From a bacterium (GTDB taxonomy: Bacteria > Auribacterota > UBA3054): a stretch of DNA of 64,000 bases. A model generated the notes under the pieces. That model was not told the origin of the DNA. It searched no databases and worked only from the letters and a program-made list of their open reading frames with translations. The translations under genes were made by a program, and so were the position numbers. The stretch is taken from NCBI GenBank assembly GCA_017963805.1, contig JAGCTE010000006.1:5118-69117 (forward strand), in the 5' to 3' direction. Of the stretch, positions 37,075-46,889 are shown piece after piece. Positions within the stretch are counted from its first letter, which is position 1. Every line of letters begins with the position of its first letter.

Positions 37075-37992
37075 CTAGCTCATGGCGCGCAGCCTCGCCA
37101 CTCTTTCCGCGATGGGCGGGTGAGTGGCGAAAAGGGAGTCGGCGCTGAAAAAAGATTTTTTCATAGGCTCGGAAATGAACAGCGCCTTGGTCGCGCCGGA
37201 GGCGGCCTTGACTTCCCCGGGATCCGCCGCTATCTTTTCCAGGGCGCTGGCCAACCCTTCGGGGTTCCTGGTCAGGAAGACGGCCCCCGCGTCCGCCAGA
37301 TATTCCCTTTCCCTTGAAATGGCCAGCTGCACGATGGTGGAAAGCAACGGTGCGAAGATCATCAGCGCCAGGCAGACTATCAGGATCAGCGCCTGCCCCT
37401 GCCCGGCTTTCCGGGAAGAGGACCGCCTTCCGCCCCCGAAGAGCATGAAGCGCCAGGCGAAGCGGGCGATCATGGCCACCGCGCCAACCATGAAGCAGAC
37501 CAGGGTCGAAAACAGAATGTCGTAGTGCCTGATGTGGGAAAGCTCGTGGGCGATGACGCCCTGCAGTTCGTTTCTGTTCAGCTTCACAAGCAAACCCCTG
37601 GTGACCGCCACCGCGCTGTCCTTGGGGTCGCGCCCGGTGGCGAAGGCGTTGGGCGCCTCCTCTTCCATGATGTAAACTTTCGGCATTGGCAGCCCGCCGG
37701 CGATGGCCATCTCTTCCACAACGTTGTAAAGCTGCCGCTCGCTTTTGGGATCCGCCTCTTTGGCTCCGCTCAGGGCCATGATGGCCGCGCTGCCCTTAAA
37801 ATACCCGAAGAAGATGTAGACCGCGACGAAGATCAGGGAAAGAACAATGACGGCGCCCTGCTCCTCTTTCGGGAAAAAACCGGAGAGCGCCGCGCAGAAA
37901 GCCGTCAGAAGGATCGCCAGAAGCGCGACGAAGAAAACGGACTTCCGTTTGTTGGACCTGATGCAGTCCTGGATGCTTTTTCTTTCGGCCAT
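37075..37992 (-). CDS. htpX: M48-family zinc metalloprotease HtpX-like.
   Basis: HEXXH in VIAHELSHIRHYD. Downstream EREYLAD third-ligand motif. Multiple TM helices. Confidence 0.8.
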   Translation of the reverse strand: MAERKSIQDCIRSNKRKSVFFVALLAILLTAFCAALSGFFPKEEQGAVIVLSLIFVAVYIFFGYFKGSAAIMALSGAKEADPKSERQLYNVVEEMAIAGGLPMPKVYIMEEEAPNAFATGRDPKDSAVAVTRGLLVKLNRNELQGVIAHELSHIRHYDILFSTLVCFMVGAVAMIARFAWRFMLFGGGRRSSSRKAGQGQALILIVCLALMIFAPLLSTIVQLAISREREYLADAGAVFLTRNPEGLASALEKIAADPGEVKAASGATKALFISEPMKKSFFSADSLFATHPPIAERVARLRAMS

Positions 37993-38004
37993 TCGCGGTC
38001 CCTT

Positions 38005-38547
38005 TTAGAACTTCACTTCGGGGGCGGTTTCCTCCGCTTCCGAGACCTGGAAATACTCGTAGGGCTTGAAAGAAAAGAGCTTCGCTATTATGACGCTGGG
38101 GAAGCTTTCGCAGCGGGTGTTGAAAGTCATGATGCTGTCGTTGTAATGCTGCCTGGCGAAAGCCACTTTGTTTTCGGTGGCCGTCAGCTCTTCCTGCAAT
38201 GAAAGCATGTTGGCGTTGGCTTTCAGCTCTGGATATCTCTCCACCACCGCCAAAAGGCCGTGCAGCGAATTCGTCAGCTTGTTCTCCGCGGCCACGGAAT
38301 CGCGGACGTCCTTGGCGTTCAGGGCCAGGTTGCGGGCTTCTATGACTTTTTCCAGCGTCTCTTTCTCGTACTGCATGTACCCCTTGACGCACTCCACCAG
38401 ATTGGGTATCAGCTCATGGCGTCTTTTAAGCTGCACGGAGATCTGTCCCCAGGCGTTTTTGATCTCGTTGGTCCCGCGGACAAATCCGTTGTAGGAAAGG
38501 ACGGCCCAGGAGACGAGGATCACAAGCAGGATAATAGTGATCAGCAT
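38005..38547 (-). CDS. lemA: LemA-family membrane protein.
   Basis: 180 aa. N-terminal TM followed by conserved NGFVRGTNEIKNAWGQISVQLKRRHELIPNLVE. Confidence 0.75.
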   Translation of the reverse strand: MLITIILLVILVSWAVLSYNGFVRGTNEIKNAWGQISVQLKRRHELIPNLVECVKGYMQYEKETLEKVIEARNLALNAKDVRDSVAAENKLTNSLHGLLAVVERYPELKANANMLSLQEELTATENKVAFARQHYNDSIMTFNTRCESFPSVIIAKLFSFKPYEYFQVSEAEETAPEVKF

Positions 38548-38647
38548 AGTTGGTCCTAAATTTGCTTTTGAATCGGTTATTTGTTTGTCTTTTTATAAGT
38601 TATATTGTAGCAAAAGGGAAAATGCTTTTAATTAAAAGCGTTTCAGG

Positions 38648-38656
38648 CGTGGATAA
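38648..38656. promoter_or_regulatory. DnaA box (cGTGGATAA, 8/9 match to TGTGGATAA).
   Basis: Read directly in the dnaA upstream region. Confidence 0.45.
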
Positions 38657-38696
38657 GCCGCTTTTTCAACAAACTTGTCAACACATTGCTGACAGG

Positions 38697-38705
38697 TTAT
38701 CCACA
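38697..38705. promoter_or_regulatory. Perfect consensus DnaA box TTATCCACA.
   Basis: Exact 9-mer, ~450 bp upstream of the dnaA start. Confidence 0.55.
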
Positions 38706-39150
38706 TTTTTGTAAAAGGGCGCCGGCGTGCTTTCCCGAGGCCGTTTCCCACGCCCGGAAAAGGGCGCATTCCGCGGTTCCGCCGAATGCTCGGGATCTTT
38801 TTTCACACCATTATTCACTTTTATATAACTATCTTGCGGCCACTATCTTATGCGGCGTAAGAAAGAGCCTCTTGCTTTTCTCGCCCGGGTTTGCTACATT
38901 TTTCCCCGTATCATGTGCCAAAAAGACTCCTGAACGGGGCCTCTTCGACAAGATATCAACATGTCGGCGAGACTTTTTCAGAAAAACCGTCTTTACAAAC
39001 GGAGAGGATTATGGTAAAGTGGTGCCGTTCTTTTTTGCGAAAAGGTAAAAAGGAATGACCGGAAAGAGCGCCGTGCCCTTTTTGGTGTGTGTGTAAAGAA
39101 GAATTAATCGGGCCAAGCCCGCGTAACAATATTCAGTGTAAGGGTTATTT

Positions 39151-40518
39151 GTGAACGACTATCAGGGAATGTGGGAGAAAGTCCTGGAGCTGGTGAAGCA
39201 TTCCACCGATCCAATGGTCTTTTCGGCTTTCTTCTCTTCTGTTGAACCTGTCAATTTTGCGGATGGCCTCTTTTCTATTCGTACCAACAACGCGTTGACT
39301 GCGGAGTATGTGAAGAAGAACCTGGGCTCCTTCATCGAGGAGAATCTCTCGAAGGAAGCCGGATCTCCCGTCACTTTGAAAGTCATCGTCAACGGTGAGC
39401 CGGAAGAAGAGAGCGCCCCGTCACCCGTTTCTCCTGATAGTGAAGTTAAGGAACCCGTTTTGCGCGCCCAGGAACCTCCGAAACTGAACCGCAATTACGT
39501 TTTCTCAAATTTCATTATCGGTCCTTCGAACCAGTACGCTCACGCCGCCGCCTATGACGTGGCCAACAATCCCGGCGTTTCCTACAATCCGCTTTTCATC
39601 TACGGCGGCTCCGGGCTCGGCAAAACGCACCTTATGCAGGCGATCGGCAACGCCATCTACGAAAGGGACAACAGCAAAAGGATCCTCTACATCACTTGCG
39701 AGAACTTCTGCTCCGATTTCCAGGCTTCCCTTTCCTTCAAGAACAACGTGCATCAGTTCAGGGAAAAATACCGCTCCAACTACGACGTCATTCTTATCGA
39801 CGACGTGCAGCATCTCTCCTTGGTGAACCGCACTCAGGACGAGTTCTTCCAGCTCTTCGAGTATCTTTTCGCCAACAATTGCCAGATCGTCATGACCTGC
39901 GACAAATCCCCGAAGGAACTGAAGAACATCAGCGACAGGCTCATTACGCGCTTCGAGTGGGGCGTGGTCGCCGACATTCAGCCGCCTGATTTCGAGACGC
40001 GCCAGGCCATCATCAAGAAGAAATGCCAGGACCGCGGTTTCAAGATCGACGACGACGTCTGCTCTTTCCTCGCCGGCAAGATCCAGAATCATGTCAGGGA
40101 AATTGAGGGCGTGCTCACAAGACTCAGGATCTACGCTTCCGTCCAAAACCAGCCCATCTCCATCAAGCTGGCGAAGGAATGCATGAAGGAATACGTTTCC
40201 GACCAGAACATTTCCCTGGACGTCATCAAGCGCGCGGTCGCCGCTTATTTCGACATAAGCCTAAGCGACCTCACCTCCCACAGAAGGCCGAAAAACATCG
40301 CGAAACCGAGGCAATTGGCCATGTTCCTCTGCCGTTCCATGACCAACAGCTCGCTTAACGAAATAGCCGCTTCTTTCGGCGGAAAAGATCACACGACGGT
40401 CCTTTACGCCTGCAAGAAAATAGAGGAAACGAAAAACAGCGACGACGAGCTTAGTTTCCAAATAGACGCTCTGAAAAAGTACATCATGAAAAATCGTCGG
40501 GAAGAATCTGACAGATGA
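39151..40518 (+). CDS. dnaA: Chromosomal replication initiator DnaA (GTG start).
   Basis: AAA+ Walker A GGSGLGKTHLMQAIGN and Walker B ILIDDVQHL. C-terminal DNA-binding domain block ASFGGKDHTTVLYACKKIEE. Confidence 0.9.
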   Translation: MNDYQGMWEKVLELVKHSTDPMVFSAFFSSVEPVNFADGLFSIRTNNALTAEYVKKNLGSFIEENLSKEAGSPVTLKVIVNGEPEEESAPSPVSPDSEVKEPVLRAQEPPKLNRNYVFSNFIIGPSNQYAHAAAYDVANNPGVSYNPLFIYGGSGLGKTHLMQAIGNAIYERDNSKRILYITCENFCSDFQASLSFKNNVHQFREKYRSNYDVILIDDVQHLSLVNRTQDEFFQLFEYLFANNCQIVMTCDKSPKELKNISDRLITRFEWGVVADIQPPDFETRQAIIKKKCQDRGFKIDDDVCSFLAGKIQNHVREIEGVLTRLRIYASVQNQPISIKLAKECMKEYVSDQNISLDVIKRAVAAYFDISLSDLTSHRRPKNIAKPRQLAMFLCRSMTNSSLNEIAASFGGKDHTTVLYACKKIEETKNSDDELSFQIDALKKYIMKNRREESDR

Positions 40519-40524
40519 AAAAAA

Positions 40525-40553
40525 GAGACCCTGAAAAACAGGGTCTTTTTTTT
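40525..40553 (+). terminator. Rho-independent terminator after dnaA (agaccctg-aaaaa-cagggtct + T8).
   Basis: Perfect 8-bp stem followed by tttttttt. Confidence 0.7.
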
Positions 40554-40910
40554 GACATTTTCTCCACAGTTTTTTCTCAGGTTAAAAATGGATCCAATAA
40601 AGTGTGAGTATTTTGAGAATAAAATCGGCCGGTTATCCACCTGTTGAAAAGAGGCCCTTTTTTCACTTCCATATTCACAGCTTTTTCAAAGCTCGAAAAT
40701 GTATATCATATTTAAACAAGCAAATTTATATAAATTTTTCTATCAACTCACAACCCATAATGATAATAATTCTTTAATAGATCTATAAATGATTTTTAAC
40801 AGTACCTTGTGTAAGAACTTGTAGGAATATGATTACACACAGGAAAAAGAAAGAGGAAATATGGTAAAATAGCTTACCTTGAAAATTAACCTCAATACAA
40901 ATTCAATCTT
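40554..40910. other. Candidate oriC. The dnaA-dnaN intergenic region holds a DnaA box (TTATCCACc at 40633..40641) and a ~200-bp strongly AT-rich DNA-unwinding element (about 40680..40880).
   Basis: AT-richness is striking against a ~58% GC background. The location is the classical dnaA-dnaN spacer. The DnaA box was read directly. Confidence 0.55.
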
Positions 40911-42005
40911 ATGAAATTCACTTGCGCCATTTCCGACCTGCGCGACGCCGTGCAGCTTCTGCAGCCTGTCTGTTCAAACAAACCGGCTTTCCCAATAGTA
41001 GCCAATATTCTGATCCGCACGAAGGAAAATTCCGTCGAGCTAACCGGCACAGATCTTGACATCACAATAAAGACTTCCATCGAGGCTTCCGTGGAAAAAG
41101 AAGGCGAGACCACCGTTCCCGTCCGCTACATGAGAGACACTTTGATGAAGATCAAAAGCGTCGCCCAGATCAGCGTGGAAGTCGATGAGAACAACGTGAT
41201 AAAGATCACGGCCGGCGAAAGGATCAAATGTAACTTGAGAGGCGTGGCCGCCGCCGACTTCCCCTCCTTCCCGGTCCTCAGCGAATGCGAATCCGTTTCC
41301 ATTCCCGCCAAGGAATTCTCGAAGATGCTCCGCTACACCGGCTACGCCATGAGCCATGACGAGCAGCGTTACATTCTGAACGGCATCTGCTTCTCTTTCG
41401 GAGAACAGCTGGACGTCGTGGCTACCGACGGCAGAAGGCTTGCCAAATACACCGTGCCTGAGATCAAAACGGAAAAAGTCAGCCAGATCATCATTCCTGT
41501 AAAAGCCATCAACATGATGCAGCAGCTTCTCGCGGGCGACGATCCCGTTTCCATGCGCTTCTCGTCTTCTCAGGTCGAAATAATCGTCGGGCGCAACACG
41601 CTTGTCGCGCGTCTGATGGACGGCCATTATCCCGATTACAAGCAGGTCCTGCCGAAAAACAAATCTTTCTCCTTGACTTTGAATTCCGGCGATTTCTCCA
41701 ACGCTGTCGAGCTCGCCTCCGTCGTCACGGACAAAAACAAACAGGGCGTCGTCAAACTGAGCCTGGCGGCCGGGAAGATGAAAGTCTCCGCCCAGACGGC
41801 CGACATCGGCGAAAACAGTTCCGAACTTGAGACCGAGTACGCCGGCGAACCGATGGACATTTCCTTCAACCCGACTTTCCTTCTCGACGTTTTCAGGAAC
41901 ATCGACGAGACGGAAGTCACGATGGACGTCATAAACCCCATCAGCCCGACCGTCATAAGAACCACGGACAACTTCATCAGCATCATCATGCCGATGCGCT
42001 TCTAA
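40911..42005 (+). CDS. dnaN: DNA polymerase III beta sliding clamp.
   Basis: 364 aa. Three-domain clamp pattern starting MKFTCAISDLRDAVQLLQPV. Located directly after dnaA. Confidence 0.85.
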   Translation: MKFTCAISDLRDAVQLLQPVCSNKPAFPIVANILIRTKENSVELTGTDLDITIKTSIEASVEKEGETTVPVRYMRDTLMKIKSVAQISVEVDENNVIKITAGERIKCNLRGVAAADFPSFPVLSECESVSIPAKEFSKMLRYTGYAMSHDEQRYILNGICFSFGEQLDVVATDGRRLAKYTVPEIKTEKVSQIIIPVKAINMMQQLLAGDDPVSMRFSSSQVEIIVGRNTLVARLMDGHYPDYKQVLPKNKSFSLTLNSGDFSNAVELASVVTDKNKQGVVKLSLAAGKMKVSAQTADIGENSSELETEYAGEPMDISFNPTFLLDVFRNIDETEVTMDVINPISPTVIRTTDNFISIIMPMRF

Positions 42006-42030
42006 TAAAAAAACTTTTTGACAAGCGAAT

Positions 42031-42055
42031 GAAAACCGCCGCGAGGCGGTTTTCT
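42031..42055 (+). terminator. Rho-independent terminator after dnaN (aaaaccgcc-gcga-ggcggtttt).
   Basis: Stem ccgcc/ggcgg followed by ttttctc. Confidence 0.5.
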
Positions 42056-42071
42056 CATCTATGAAGCCGGA

Positions 42072-42359
42072 ATGAAAAAACTGACTTTCCAAAAGAGCGA
42101 CGAACTGATAGACGTTTTCCTTGACAAGATCCTGGATTCCAAAAAGGGATTGCTTCTGAAAGTGAAGAACGCCTGGAGCGACTGCGTTGGCAAAGACCTT
42201 TCTCTGCATACCGAGCCCGAGGAAACGAACGGCGGGATCCTTTACGTCAAAGTCAAAAGCTCGCTTTGGAAAAAGGAGCTTAGGATGACCATGGGAAGGA
42301 TGGTGGAAGAGAAGGTGAGGGAGGTTTTTCCGGAAATCAAAAAGATCGTCTGGCGGTGA
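42072..42359 (+). CDS. DUF721-family small protein (DciA-like helicase-operator candidate) downstream of dnaN.
   Basis: 95 aa. Size, position next to dnaN and the conserved W...LWKKEL pattern are typical of DUF721/DciA proteins. Confidence 0.4.
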   Translation: MKKLTFQKSDELIDVFLDKILDSKKGLLLKVKNAWSDCVGKDLSLHTEPEETNGGILYVKVKSSLWKKELRMTMGRMVEEKVREVFPEIKKIVWR

Positions 42360-42925
42360 TGAAATTGCTTTTTGCCTGTTTTGATTTTTTCAGGGACGAG
42401 GAAATCTGCCTCTCGAAGGAGGCTTACGAGCTTCTGTCAAAAAATGGGCAAACCGCGGCGCGCCTGCTTCCGGTCTCCTGGGAAAAAATAGACGAAAGTG
42501 TGGAAGCTTTGATGAAGGAGGATTTCGATTCGCTCGTCATCTTTGGAAACGGCAGGGGCGAGACGCACAAAATAGAAAAGCTCGCCGTGAACGCCCAGGG
42601 GACCAACATCCTTGACAACAGCGGAGCGCGCTGCCAGGGGGACGCGATCTCAAAGGACGGCAAGGCGGCCTTTTTCTCGACCTGGAACGTCGAGGCGTTG
42701 AACGAAGAGATGCAAAAACTTGGACTTCCCTCCCAGATCTCCTATTTCTCCGGGCTTTTTCTCTGCAACGGCGCCTATTACCGCGCGCTGAGCGGTGAGT
42801 GCGGAAAAACCGAAAGGCGGCCCATAGTTCTTCTTCACCTCAGCCCCGAGCGGAACATAGGGTCAGATCTTCCACTAATTTTAAAAGCGCTCGCGTCTTC
42901 CTTGGACAGGACAATCTTGCTATAA
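42356..42925 (+). CDS. Pyrrolidone-carboxylate peptidase-like (peptidase C15 family) protein.
   Basis: Collinear with Pcp. FACFDFF aligns with TGFDPF. GRGETHKIEKLAVN aligns with GGRMQITPERVAIN (Glu). SGLFLCNGAYY aligns with AGTFVCNHLFY (Cys). LLHLSP aligns with FIHIPY (His). Confidence 0.55.
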   Translation: MMKLLFACFDFFRDEEICLSKEAYELLSKNGQTAARLLPVSWEKIDESVEALMKEDFDSLVIFGNGRGETHKIEKLAVNAQGTNILDNSGARCQGDAISKDGKAAFFSTWNVEALNEEMQKLGLPSQISYFSGLFLCNGAYYRALSGECGKTERRPIVLLHLSPERNIGSDLPLILKALASSLDRTILL

Positions 42926-42932
42926 TTAAGAT

Positions 42933-44495
42933 ATGTTGGATAAAAATTACGAAACGGATGTTCTTATAATCGGCTGCGGCGTCGGCGGGGCGGTCACCGC
43001 CCTGGCGGCCGCCGACAACGGCTGCAAAGTCGTCATTCTTTCCCGCAAAGAAGGTGTCGAGGACACTTCCACGGTCAGGGCCCAGGGCGGCATCATCTAC
43101 AAAGGCAAACTGCCGCCTGAGGAACTGGCCCGCGACATTCAGACCGCCGGCTGTTCCCGCTGCTGGCAGGAAGCTGTCGACCATCTCACCAAGGTCGGCC
43201 CCGCTCTGGTCGACAAATGGCTGGTCCAGCGCTCGGGCGTCAAGTTCGACGAAGGAGCGGACGGTTACGACCTGACGAGGGAAGGCGGCCACGGCGAGCC
43301 GAGGATCGCGCACTGCCGCGACAAAACGGGCTACGACATCGCGCACTGTCTTTTCGACACGATCAAAAAGCATCCCAACATCACGATCCTTGAGAACGCG
43401 ACCGCCATTGATCTTCTGACGACGACGCACCATTCCAGGAACCCGCAGGATCTCTACAAGCCGACCGAGTGCTTCGGAGCATACGTGCTTTTGAACAAGC
43501 CGCACGAGATCATAGAGATCTTCGCGAAGGAGACGGTCCTGGCGACAGGCGGCGTGGGCCGCATTTACCTGCACACGACGAACAACGAGAGCGCCAGGGG
43601 CGACGGCTACGCCATGGCTTACCGCGCCGGCGCCAGGCTCCTCAACATGGAGTTCGTGCAGTTCCACCCGACGACCCTGTACCTTGAGGGCGCGAAGAAC
43701 TTCCTTATCACGGAATCCCTGAGGGGCGAAGGCGCGGTTCTAAAAGACCGCCACGGCCGGACGTTCATGGAGCACTACCACGAGATGGCTTCTCTCGCTC
43801 CGAGGGACATTGTGGCCAGAGCCATCCACCACGAGATGTTAAAGGAGCAGCAGAACTGCATGTACCTCGACATCTCCTTTAAGGATCCCGAATGGCTCAA
43901 AGAGCGCTTCCCGACCATCTACCAGAACTGCCTGCAGTTCGGGATAGACATCACCAAGGAGCCGATCCCGATCGTTCCGGCCGCCCACTATTCCTGCGGC
44001 GGAGTTTTGGTCGACCTTATGGCGAGATCTTCTATTGACCGTCTCAGGGCGGTCGGCGAAGTCAGCTGCACCGGCATCCACGGCGCCAACAGGCTTGCCT
44101 CCACTTCGCTTCTCGAAGCGGTCATCTGGGGCGCCTGCGCCGGCGAGGACATAGCGAAACGCGTGGCGGAAAAGAAAAACTGGGCCTTCCCCGTCATCGA
44201 TCACTGGAAAGAGGAAAGGGAGCCGGTCGAGCCCGCGATGCTCAAGCAGGACTGGATGACGATCAGGCAGACGATGTGGAACTACGTCGGTTTGGTGAGG
44301 AGCCCGAAGAGGCTGCACCGCGCCAAGCTGATCTTAAGGGAACTGCAGAACGAAACGGAGACCTTCTACCGCAGGGCGGCCCTGACGGACGCGATAATCG
44401 GCCTCAGGAACGGACTCCAGGCCGCCATGATCGTCCTCTACTCCGCTATTCTGAACCCCAAGAGCAGCGGCTGCCACTACATTGAAAACGATTAA
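42933..44495 (+). CDS. nadB: L-aspartate oxidase (FAD-dependent, succinate-dehydrogenase/fumarate-reductase flavoprotein family).
   Basis: FAD dinucleotide-binding motif DVLIIGCGVGGAVTALAAA. RGEGAVL, HYSCGGV and ANRLASTSLLE blocks. 520 aa. Confidence 0.8.
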   Translation: MLDKNYETDVLIIGCGVGGAVTALAAADNGCKVVILSRKEGVEDTSTVRAQGGIIYKGKLPPEELARDIQTAGCSRCWQEAVDHLTKVGPALVDKWLVQRSGVKFDEGADGYDLTREGGHGEPRIAHCRDKTGYDIAHCLFDTIKKHPNITILENATAIDLLTTTHHSRNPQDLYKPTECFGAYVLLNKPHEIIEIFAKETVLATGGVGRIYLHTTNNESARGDGYAMAYRAGARLLNMEFVQFHPTTLYLEGAKNFLITESLRGEGAVLKDRHGRTFMEHYHEMASLAPRDIVARAIHHEMLKEQQNCMYLDISFKDPEWLKERFPTIYQNCLQFGIDITKEPIPIVPAAHYSCGGVLVDLMARSSIDRLRAVGEVSCTGIHGANRLASTSLLEAVIWGACAGEDIAKRVAEKKNWAFPVIDHWKEEREPVEPAMLKQDWMTIRQTMWNYVGLVRSPKRLHRAKLILRELQNETETFYRRAALTDAIIGLRNGLQAAMIVLYSAILNPKSSGCHYIEND

Positions 44496-44519
44496 CCAAC
44501 CAAACATTGGACAGAAATT

Positions 44520-45671
44520 ATGCACTACCAGATCGCGCCTCACGGCAATGAACTGATCAATCGCGTCCTCACAGGGGCGCGGCGGGATTTTTGGCAGGAA
44601 AAAGCGGAATCACTTCCGAGCATAACGCTTGACAAGCGCAAAGTCTACGACGTGATGATGATCGCGGACGGCGCCTACAGCCCCTTGGAGGGCTTCATGG
44701 GGTCCGAGGACTACACCAGCGTTTTGAACAAGATGCGCCTGCCCAACGGCCTGCCCTGGCCCATCCCCATTGTCCTGGGCGTTCACCCCGACAGAGCCGA
44801 CGAGTTCGACGTTTTCGGACACATCGCTCTGAAAGACAAGACCGGCCTGACCCTTGCCATTCTCCACCTGACGGAGAAATTCAAAGTCAACAAGGATCTC
44901 GAGCTGGCGAAAATTTACCGCACGACCAACCCCGAGCACCCGAGCGTCAAATACCTCCTGGAGGAAAGGGGCGACGTGCTTCTGGCCGGGCCCATAGACG
45001 TCATCAACCGTCCCGCCGAGGACGTCCTTGACACGCACCTTATGACGCCGGCCCAGACGAGAAGGATCTTCAAGGAACGCGGCTGGAGCCGCGTCGTCGG
45101 TTTCCAAACGCACAACCCCATTCTGAGAAGCCACGAGTATATGATCAAAACGGCCCTGGAGCTCTGCGACGGACTGTTTTTGCATCCCCTCAGGACGACG
45201 CCGCACGAGAACGCGGTCCCGGCCGACATCAGAATGAAGTGCTACGAGACCTTCATCGAGAATTATCTGCCCGAAGAAAGAGTGCAGCTGGCGGTCTTCC
45301 CGACCACCCAGCGCTTCGCGGGCCCGAGGGAAACGATATTGCACGCCATCGTTCACAAGAACTACGGCTGCTCGCATTTCATCGTCGGCTACGACCACGC
45401 CGGCTGGAAGGATTACTACAACGACATCGACACGACCAGGATCTTCAGGAACTTCGGTCCGATGGAACTCGGCATCCAGCCGATGTTCTTCGACAAGGTC
45501 GTCTACTGCAAGAAGTGCAAAGCCATGGTCACGGCCAAGACCTGCCCGCACGGCAGCGCCGACTACGTGAGTCTGACCTGCACCGAAGTGAGGGAAATGC
45601 GCCAGAAAGGCATGCCGGTCCCCGAGGAATTCATTCGACCCGAGATCGCGGAACTTCTGCAGATAAAATAA
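44520..45671 (+). CDS. sat: Sulfate adenylyltransferase (ATP sulfurylase).
   Basis: GFQTHNPILRSHEYM (QTRN-like) and GCSHFIVGYDHAG (HxxH/GRD region) blocks. 383 aa. Confidence 0.8.
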   Translation: MHYQIAPHGNELINRVLTGARRDFWQEKAESLPSITLDKRKVYDVMMIADGAYSPLEGFMGSEDYTSVLNKMRLPNGLPWPIPIVLGVHPDRADEFDVFGHIALKDKTGLTLAILHLTEKFKVNKDLELAKIYRTTNPEHPSVKYLLEERGDVLLAGPIDVINRPAEDVLDTHLMTPAQTRRIFKERGWSRVVGFQTHNPILRSHEYMIKTALELCDGLFLHPLRTTPHENAVPADIRMKCYETFIENYLPEERVQLAVFPTTQRFAGPRETILHAIVHKNYGCSHFIVGYDHAGWKDYYNDIDTTRIFRNFGPMELGIQPMFFDKVVYCKKCKAMVTAKTCPHGSADYVSLTCTEVREMRQKGMPVPEEFIRPEIAELLQIK

Positions 45672-46886
45672 ATGCCAAAGGTCTACACTCACGCGCTAGG
45701 CTGCAAGATCAGCTATTGTGACAACCGGGAAGCGGAGGAGCTGCTTTGCGCGATAGGCTGGACTTTGACAAAAAACGCCAAGGAGGCTGATCTTTTTCTC
45801 CTGACCGCCTGCACGGTGACGCAAAAAGCGGACGCCGATCTAAGAAAGCTGGCGCGCCAGTTGAAAAAGCAGAATCCCGGCGCTGATCTTTGGATCTACG
45901 GCTGCTGGGCCAACGTCGCGGAAAAGCACGAGCCCTTCCCGGAGCCGGCCCTTGTCATCAAGGGGAAAGCGGAGCTTGAGAAAGCGATAGGAAAACTTTC
46001 CTGCGACGCTCCTAAGGAAACCTCGCTGGAAAGGAACAGGCTTTTCGTCAAGGTCCAGGACGGCTGCGACAGGTTCTGCGCCTACTGCATCGTCCCCTTC
46101 GCCAGAGGCGTTCCCAAAAGCATGCCCTACTCCGAGATCCTCTCCCGCGTGAAAAAAGCGCGCGAAGAGGGCATCAAGGAATGCGTGCTCTCCGGGATCC
46201 ACATCGCCTCCTGGAAAGAGGACGGTAAGGACATCGCTGACCTTTGCGCCGCTCTCCTTAAGGACACAGACCTCCCGAGGCTCAGGGTAAGCTCGCTTGA
46301 CGTGACGGGCGCTTCGGAAAAGCTGAGAAAGCTCATGATAGAGGAACCAAGGCTCATGCCGCACTTGCACATTCCTCTGCAGTCCGGCAGCGACCGCGTC
46401 CTCAAGCTCATGAACCGCCCGCTTTCGAGAGCGCAGCTTATGGAGTCCATGGAAGCTTTCCTCGAAGAAGTTCCCAGGATGATGCTCTCTACGGACATCA
46501 TCGTAGGCTTCCCGGGCGAGACGGAGGAAGACTTCCAGGAGACCCTGTCCTTCGTGGGCAAGATCTCCTTCGGCAAGGTCCACTACTTCCCCTATTCGCC
46601 CAGGCCGGGAACGGCCGCGGCCAAAAGGGTAAAGGACTTCGTTCCGGACGGAGTGAAGAAGGAACGCGAGGAAAGGCTGAGAAAAGCGGCTGAGGAAGCG
46701 GCTAAGATCTGCCGCGCGCCCTTCCAAGGCCAGACCTTCAAGGTCCTGACGGAGAATAAGACCAAGGACGGCATTCTGGGCTTTACGGAGAACTACCTGA
46801 GAGTCTGCACTCGAAAGGAGCTCACTGAAAACGAAATATACGAACTTACCATAGACGGAACAGAAACAAAATTCATCGCGCAATAG
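45672..46886 (+). CDS. MiaB/RimO/MtaB-family radical-SAM methylthiotransferase.
   Basis: N-terminal MTTase domain with LGCKISYCD. Radical SAM CxxxCxxC in VQDGCDRFCAYCIVPFARG. C-terminal TRAM-like region. Confidence 0.7.
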   Translation: MPKVYTHALGCKISYCDNREAEELLCAIGWTLTKNAKEADLFLLTACTVTQKADADLRKLARQLKKQNPGADLWIYGCWANVAEKHEPFPEPALVIKGKAELEKAIGKLSCDAPKETSLERNRLFVKVQDGCDRFCAYCIVPFARGVPKSMPYSEILSRVKKAREEGIKECVLSGIHIASWKEDGKDIADLCAALLKDTDLPRLRVSSLDVTGASEKLRKLMIEEPRLMPHLHIPLQSGSDRVLKLMNRPLSRAQLMESMEAFLEEVPRMMLSTDIIVGFPGETEEDFQETLSFVGKISFGKVHYFPYSPRPGTAAAKRVKDFVPDGVKKEREERLRKAAEEAAKICRAPFQGQTFKVLTENKTKDGILGFTENYLRVCTRKELTENEIYELTIDGTETKFIAQ

Positions 46887-46889
46887 AAT

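Noticed and set aside
41040-42209. 389-aa ORF antisense to dnaN
   Set aside because: dnaN on the plus strand is strongly supported by position and pattern. The antisense ORF is an artefact.
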